Below, piece by piece: positions 60,635 to 64,000 of a stretch of DNA of 64,000 bases. Location of the stretch: NCBI GenBank assembly GCA_047602605.1, contig JASGGW010000001.1, positions 911,619 to 975,618 on the forward strand, written 5' to 3'. Under the pieces are notes generated by a model. That model searched no databases and was not told where the DNA came from. It saw only the letters and a list, made by a program, of their open reading frames with translations. The first letter of the stretch is position 1, and each line of letters starts with the position of its first letter. The DNA is from Ferruginibacter sp. Its GTDB lineage: Bacteria > Bacteroidota > Bacteroidia > Chitinophagales > Chitinophagaceae. Made by a program: the position numbers and the translations under genes.

Positions 60635-60721
60635 CGCAGATGGTCATGATGAATGATGATTTTAAATAAATGCCTGGATTTTTATTTGCCCGGATCATGA
60701 TAATCATAAAAATCAGTGTTC
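60623..60721. repeat. REP/MITE-like palindromic repeat, copy B
   Basis: GAACGCAGATGACGCAGATGGTCATGAT...ATCATAAAAATCAGTGTTC; supplies the last codons and stop of the peroxidase gene. Confidence 0.65.
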
Positions 60722-60827
60722 GCCCTAAAAAGCTAATAGCTTAAATAGATGAACGTTAACAAAAAATTAGGCACTATATTAGTGGTATAAATAACATAAT
60801 AATTTTATTTGTAAAAAACCTTAAGAC

Positions 60828-61526
60828 ATGGAAGCAGCTAAACCAAAAATTTTATTGTGCGAAGATGATACGAACCTTGGAATGGTGTTAAAAAATTATC
60901 TTGAACTGAATGATTACGATGTAACCCTGGAAAGAGACGGCCGCCTGGGCCTGGCTGCTTTTCAGCGTGAAAAATTTGATATCTGCCTCCTCGATGTAAT
61001 GATGCCCAATATGGATGGCTTCACCGTAGCGGAGGAGATCAGGGATATTAACCCGGATGTGCCATTGTTTTTCCTGAGTGCAAAAACAATGAAAGACGAT
61101 ATTATACAGGGGTATAAACTGGGGGCTGATGATTATATCACCAAGCCTTTCGACAGTGAAGTGCTGCTGCATAAAATTAAAGCCATCCTGAAGCGCAACG
61201 AGGAAGTGCACAAGGAAGAAGCCAATGCAGAGTTTGACCTGGGTATTTATCATTTCAACCCACGCCTGCGTGAGCTTACCGTGAATGGTAAAACACAAAC
61301 CCTTTCTCCCAAAGAAAATGAGCTGCTGAAAATGCTGGCAGAATATAAAAATGACCTGCTGCCAAGAGAAACAGCCCTCAAAAAAATATGGGGCAGCGAT
61401 ACTTATTTCAACGGCCGTAGTATGGACGTATATATTGCCAAGCTGCGCAAATACTTAAAAGAAGATTCCAAGCTGGAGATCGTGAACATTCATGGAAATG
61501 GGTTCAGGTTGGTGGAAAGTGAGTAA
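60828..61526 (+). CDS. OmpR-family response regulator (RprY-like)
   Basis: LLCEDD, LDVMMP, GADDYITKPF, RSMDVYIAKLRK, HGNGF. Confidence 0.92.
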   Translation: MEAAKPKILLCEDDTNLGMVLKNYLELNDYDVTLERDGRLGLAAFQREKFDICLLDVMMPNMDGFTVAEEIRDINPDVPLFFLSAKTMKDDIIQGYKLGADDYITKPFDSEVLLHKIKAILKRNEEVHKEEANAEFDLGIYHFNPRLRELTVNGKTQTLSPKENELLKMLAEYKNDLLPRETALKKIWGSDTYFNGRSMDVYIAKLRKYLKEDSKLEIVNIHGNGFRLVESE

Positions 61527-61545
61527 AACAATTCATTAAAATATG

Positions 61546-61572
61546 AAGCCCTGCTTTTTGGCAGGGCTTTTT
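61546..61572 (+). terminator. Intrinsic terminator
   Basis: AAGCCCTGC/GCAGGGCTT followed by a T tract. Confidence 0.75.
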
Positions 61573-61606
61573 AATAGATATATGATTCTTGCAAAACTCC
61601 TAATTC

Positions 61607-62647
61607 TTACCCCTCCCCGAACAAACCATGCTGCGATGCACCCCGGCTGAATGTTTTACCCAGGTGCTCATATGCTTTGGCGGTAGCTTCCCGGCCACGG
61701 GCAGTGCGTTGTAAAAATCCTTCCTGTATCAAAAAAGGCTCGTACACTTCTTCCAGTGTGCCCGGCTCTTCTCCCACAGCAGTGGCAATAGTGGTAAGTC
61801 CCACTGGACCACCTTTGAATTTATCGATGATCGTAGTAAGAATGCGGTTATCCATATCATCCAGTCCATGCACATCTACATTAAGCGCTTTGAGGGAATG
61901 GGTGGTAATATTCATATCGATAATACCGTTGCCCAGCACCTGTGCAAAATCTCTCACACGACGCAGCAGGCCATTGGCAATACGGGGGGTGCCACGGCTG
62001 CGACGGGCAATTTCTTCCGCAGCGTCGCTGGTGATCTTGCTGTTGAGAATGCCTGCGCTTCTTAGTAAAATGTTTTTCAGCGTACCGGCATCATAATATT
62101 CCAGCCGGTTCTTTATGCCGAAACGGGACAGAAGCGGCGCCGTCAGCAAACCGCTGCGGGTGGTGGCGCCTATCAGTGTAAAAGGGTTGAGATTGATCTG
62201 CACACTCCTGGCGCTGGGTCCGCTGTCGATCATAATATCGATCCTGAAATCTTCCATAGCGGCGTACAGGTATTCTTCCACTACGGTGCTCAGGCGGTGG
62301 ATCTCATCAATGAACAATACATCGTGCGGCTCCAGGTTGGTCAGCAGGCCGGCCAGGTCGGCAGGCTTTTCAATAACCGGTCCGCTGGTCTCCTTGATAT
62401 TTACGCCCAGCTCATTGGCCACAATACGGCTAAGGGTGGTTTTACCCAGTCCCGGCGGACCATGAAATAATACATGGTCCAGCGCTTCGCCCCGCAGCCT
62501 GGCGGCTTTGATGAATACCCTCAGGTTTTCGATGGTTTGCAGCTGACCGTTGAAATCACCGATTTCCCTTGGCCTTATATTGTTTTCAAACTCTTTATCG
62601 GCAGAGCTGAGCTTATTGTTATCGGTATTGAGGTTGGGGTTTGCCAT
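61607..62647 (-). CDS. ruvB: Holliday junction branch migration helicase
   Basis: [37 protein letters not shown]. Confidence 0.97.
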   Translation of the reverse strand: MANPNLNTDNNKLSSADKEFENNIRPREIGDFNGQLQTIENLRVFIKAARLRGEALDHVLFHGPPGLGKTTLSRIVANELGVNIKETSGPVIEKPADLAGLLTNLEPHDVLFIDEIHRLSTVVEEYLYAAMEDFRIDIMIDSGPSARSVQINLNPFTLIGATTRSGLLTAPLLSRFGIKNRLEYYDAGTLKNILLRSAGILNSKITSDAAEEIARRSRGTPRIANGLLRRVRDFAQVLGNGIIDMNITTHSLKALNVDVHGLDDMDNRILTTIIDKFKGGPVGLTTIATAVGEEPGTLEEVYEPFLIQEGFLQRTARGREATAKAYEHLGKTFSRGASQHGLFGEG

Positions 62648-62867
62648 GTAGGCTACAAAGCTAAACGAAATTGCTAAAAAATTTCACATTGCCTATTGTC
62701 CAATAATTACCTTTTCTTCCCGTAAATCCGGGTATTTACTTATTTGAAAAAATATGTATAGCTTGTAAATGTTAAACGGGTTGAAAACAGCAGCCTTTTA
62801 GCCCTGCATTTAGCCATTAATCAAATGAAAGCGATGGCAGATGCCATCGGCGTTTAGATTTGTAAAT

Positions 62868-63932
62868 ATGTTTAAAACGATATCCAGATATTGGTGGTGC
62901 CAGATAGTAGGGTGGTCAACAAATATTGCCATCAGCATATTTTTTATCACTACCGTAAATGAAAACAGCATTGATACCAATAAATATATCCTGAGCGTAT
63001 TGGTGTCGAGTGTACTGGGTGTTTTTGTAACGCATATCATGCGTATGAATATCCATGGCCTCAAAGTGCTGCAGAAACCTTTCAAAACACAGATCGCTTA
63101 CCTGCTCACCCTTACCATTGCATTTTCTGTTCTGTATGGTGTGGCAATGGAAGCGGCAGATTATCTGATCAAATTCAATCCCGAACGTTTACAGAAATAC
63201 ACTAAGCTGCAGCGGCTTTTCTTCAGCACATTCAATGCCTTGTGGTTGTTGCTGGTGTGGAACATGCTGTATTATATTTATCATTATGTAGAACGTAACC
63301 GCAAGCAGGAGCTGGATACTTTCAGGCTGGAAGCGGCGGTGAAGGAGCTGGAGCTGAAGACGATCAAAGCGCATATCAACCCGCATTTTATTTTTAATGC
63401 GTTGAACAGCATCCGTGCGCTGGTAGATGAAAACCCGGAGAGGGCAAGAAAGGCTATTACCGAACTCAGCAATATCCTGCGCAGCAGCATGCAGGCAGAA
63501 AAAATGGAAACGGTTCCCCTGCAGCAGGAGCTGGATATTGTAAAGGATTACCTTGCGCTGGAACATATGCGGTTTGAAGAAAGGCTGAGGATTGAAATGG
63601 ATATTGATGAAGATACCCTCAACCAGCCTGTTCCACCGATGATGCTGCAAACGCTGGTGGAGAATGCCATCAAGCATGGTATTAGCAAACAGATCAATGG
63701 TGGTACGGTGAAGATCATCTCCGATTTTAAAGACCATCACCACGAGCTGATTGTCCAGAATTCGGGTACGCTGAACGGTTATGCCAAAGAACCTAAGGAG
63801 GGATTTGGTATAAAAAGCACGCAAGACCGGCTGAATATGCTGTACCAGGGAAAAGCGCAGTTTGAAATAAAAGAACTCAATGGCAATACAGTGGAATCGA
63901 AAGTGACTATGCCACTGGCCAGTATTTTATAA
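62868..63932 (+). CDS. LytS/YehU-type membrane histidine kinase
   Basis: N-terminal TM helices; INPHFIFNALN, LQTLVENAIKHG, GFGI. Confidence 0.9.
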   Translation: MFKTISRYWWCQIVGWSTNIAISIFFITTVNENSIDTNKYILSVLVSSVLGVFVTHIMRMNIHGLKVLQKPFKTQIAYLLTLTIAFSVLYGVAMEAADYLIKFNPERLQKYTKLQRLFFSTFNALWLLLVWNMLYYIYHYVERNRKQELDTFRLEAAVKELELKTIKAHINPHFIFNALNSIRALVDENPERARKAITELSNILRSSMQAEKMETVPLQQELDIVKDYLALEHMRFEERLRIEMDIDEDTLNQPVPPMMLQTLVENAIKHGISKQINGGTVKIISDFKDHHHELIVQNSGTLNGYAKEPKEGFGIKSTQDRLNMLYQGKAQFEIKELNGNTVESKVTMPLASIL

Positions 63933-63961
63933 TTTTATAACGACTAAATTTTTTTATCCGA

Positions 63962-64000
63962 ATGCACAAAGCGATCATAATAGATGACGAGCGACTGGCA
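63962..64000 (+). CDS. LytTR-type response regulator (5' end only, truncated by the window)
   Basis: MHKAIIIDDERLA immediately after the LytS kinase. Confidence 0.75.
   Translation, partial: MHKAIIIDDERLA

Noticed and set aside
43352-60721. Repeat copies A and B as att sites or ends of a 17-kb mobile element
   Set aside because: The interval holds core genes (ald, tsaE, recQ), has no integrase, and the repeat centres differ

Overview
Bacteroidota chromosome segment, probably Chitinophagaceae; this is inferred from the SusC/SusD pairs, TAnnTTTG -7 promoters and gene content. (1) 0.1-16.6 kb: an AraC-linked carbohydrate locus with SusC/SusD, two tandem Asp-box propeller proteins, GH31, YhcH, a FucI-like isomerase, ribulokinase and a DapA-like aldolase. 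(2) 16.6-19.4 kb: a gene-decay zone with deletion remnants and a frameshifted LacI. (3) 19.5-26.9 kb: a five-gene two-component cluster. (4) 27-43 kb: housekeeping genes and a TetR-TolC-MFP-RND efflux operon. (5) 43.5-51.8 kb: an accessory module with no CAZymes, comprising a small secreted two-Cys protein, SusD, SusC, a TlpA-like thioredoxin, a sigma-region-2-only ORF, a ~190-nt structured leader RNA with mutually exclusive pairings, a divergent XRE regulator and an AbiV-like gene. This is the best candidate for an undescribed system. (6) 51.8-64 kb: ald, tsaE, Cu-type P-ATPase, recQ, a candidate ~60-nt sRNA preceded by 18-bp TGTAG-N8-CTACA boxes that recur in the two-component cluster, a HerA-like ATPase, a di-heme peroxidase, an OmpR regulator, ruvB and LytS/LytTR. 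No rRNA, tRNA, CRISPR array, integrase or transposase was seen. All family calls come from motif recognition by eye, not database searches.
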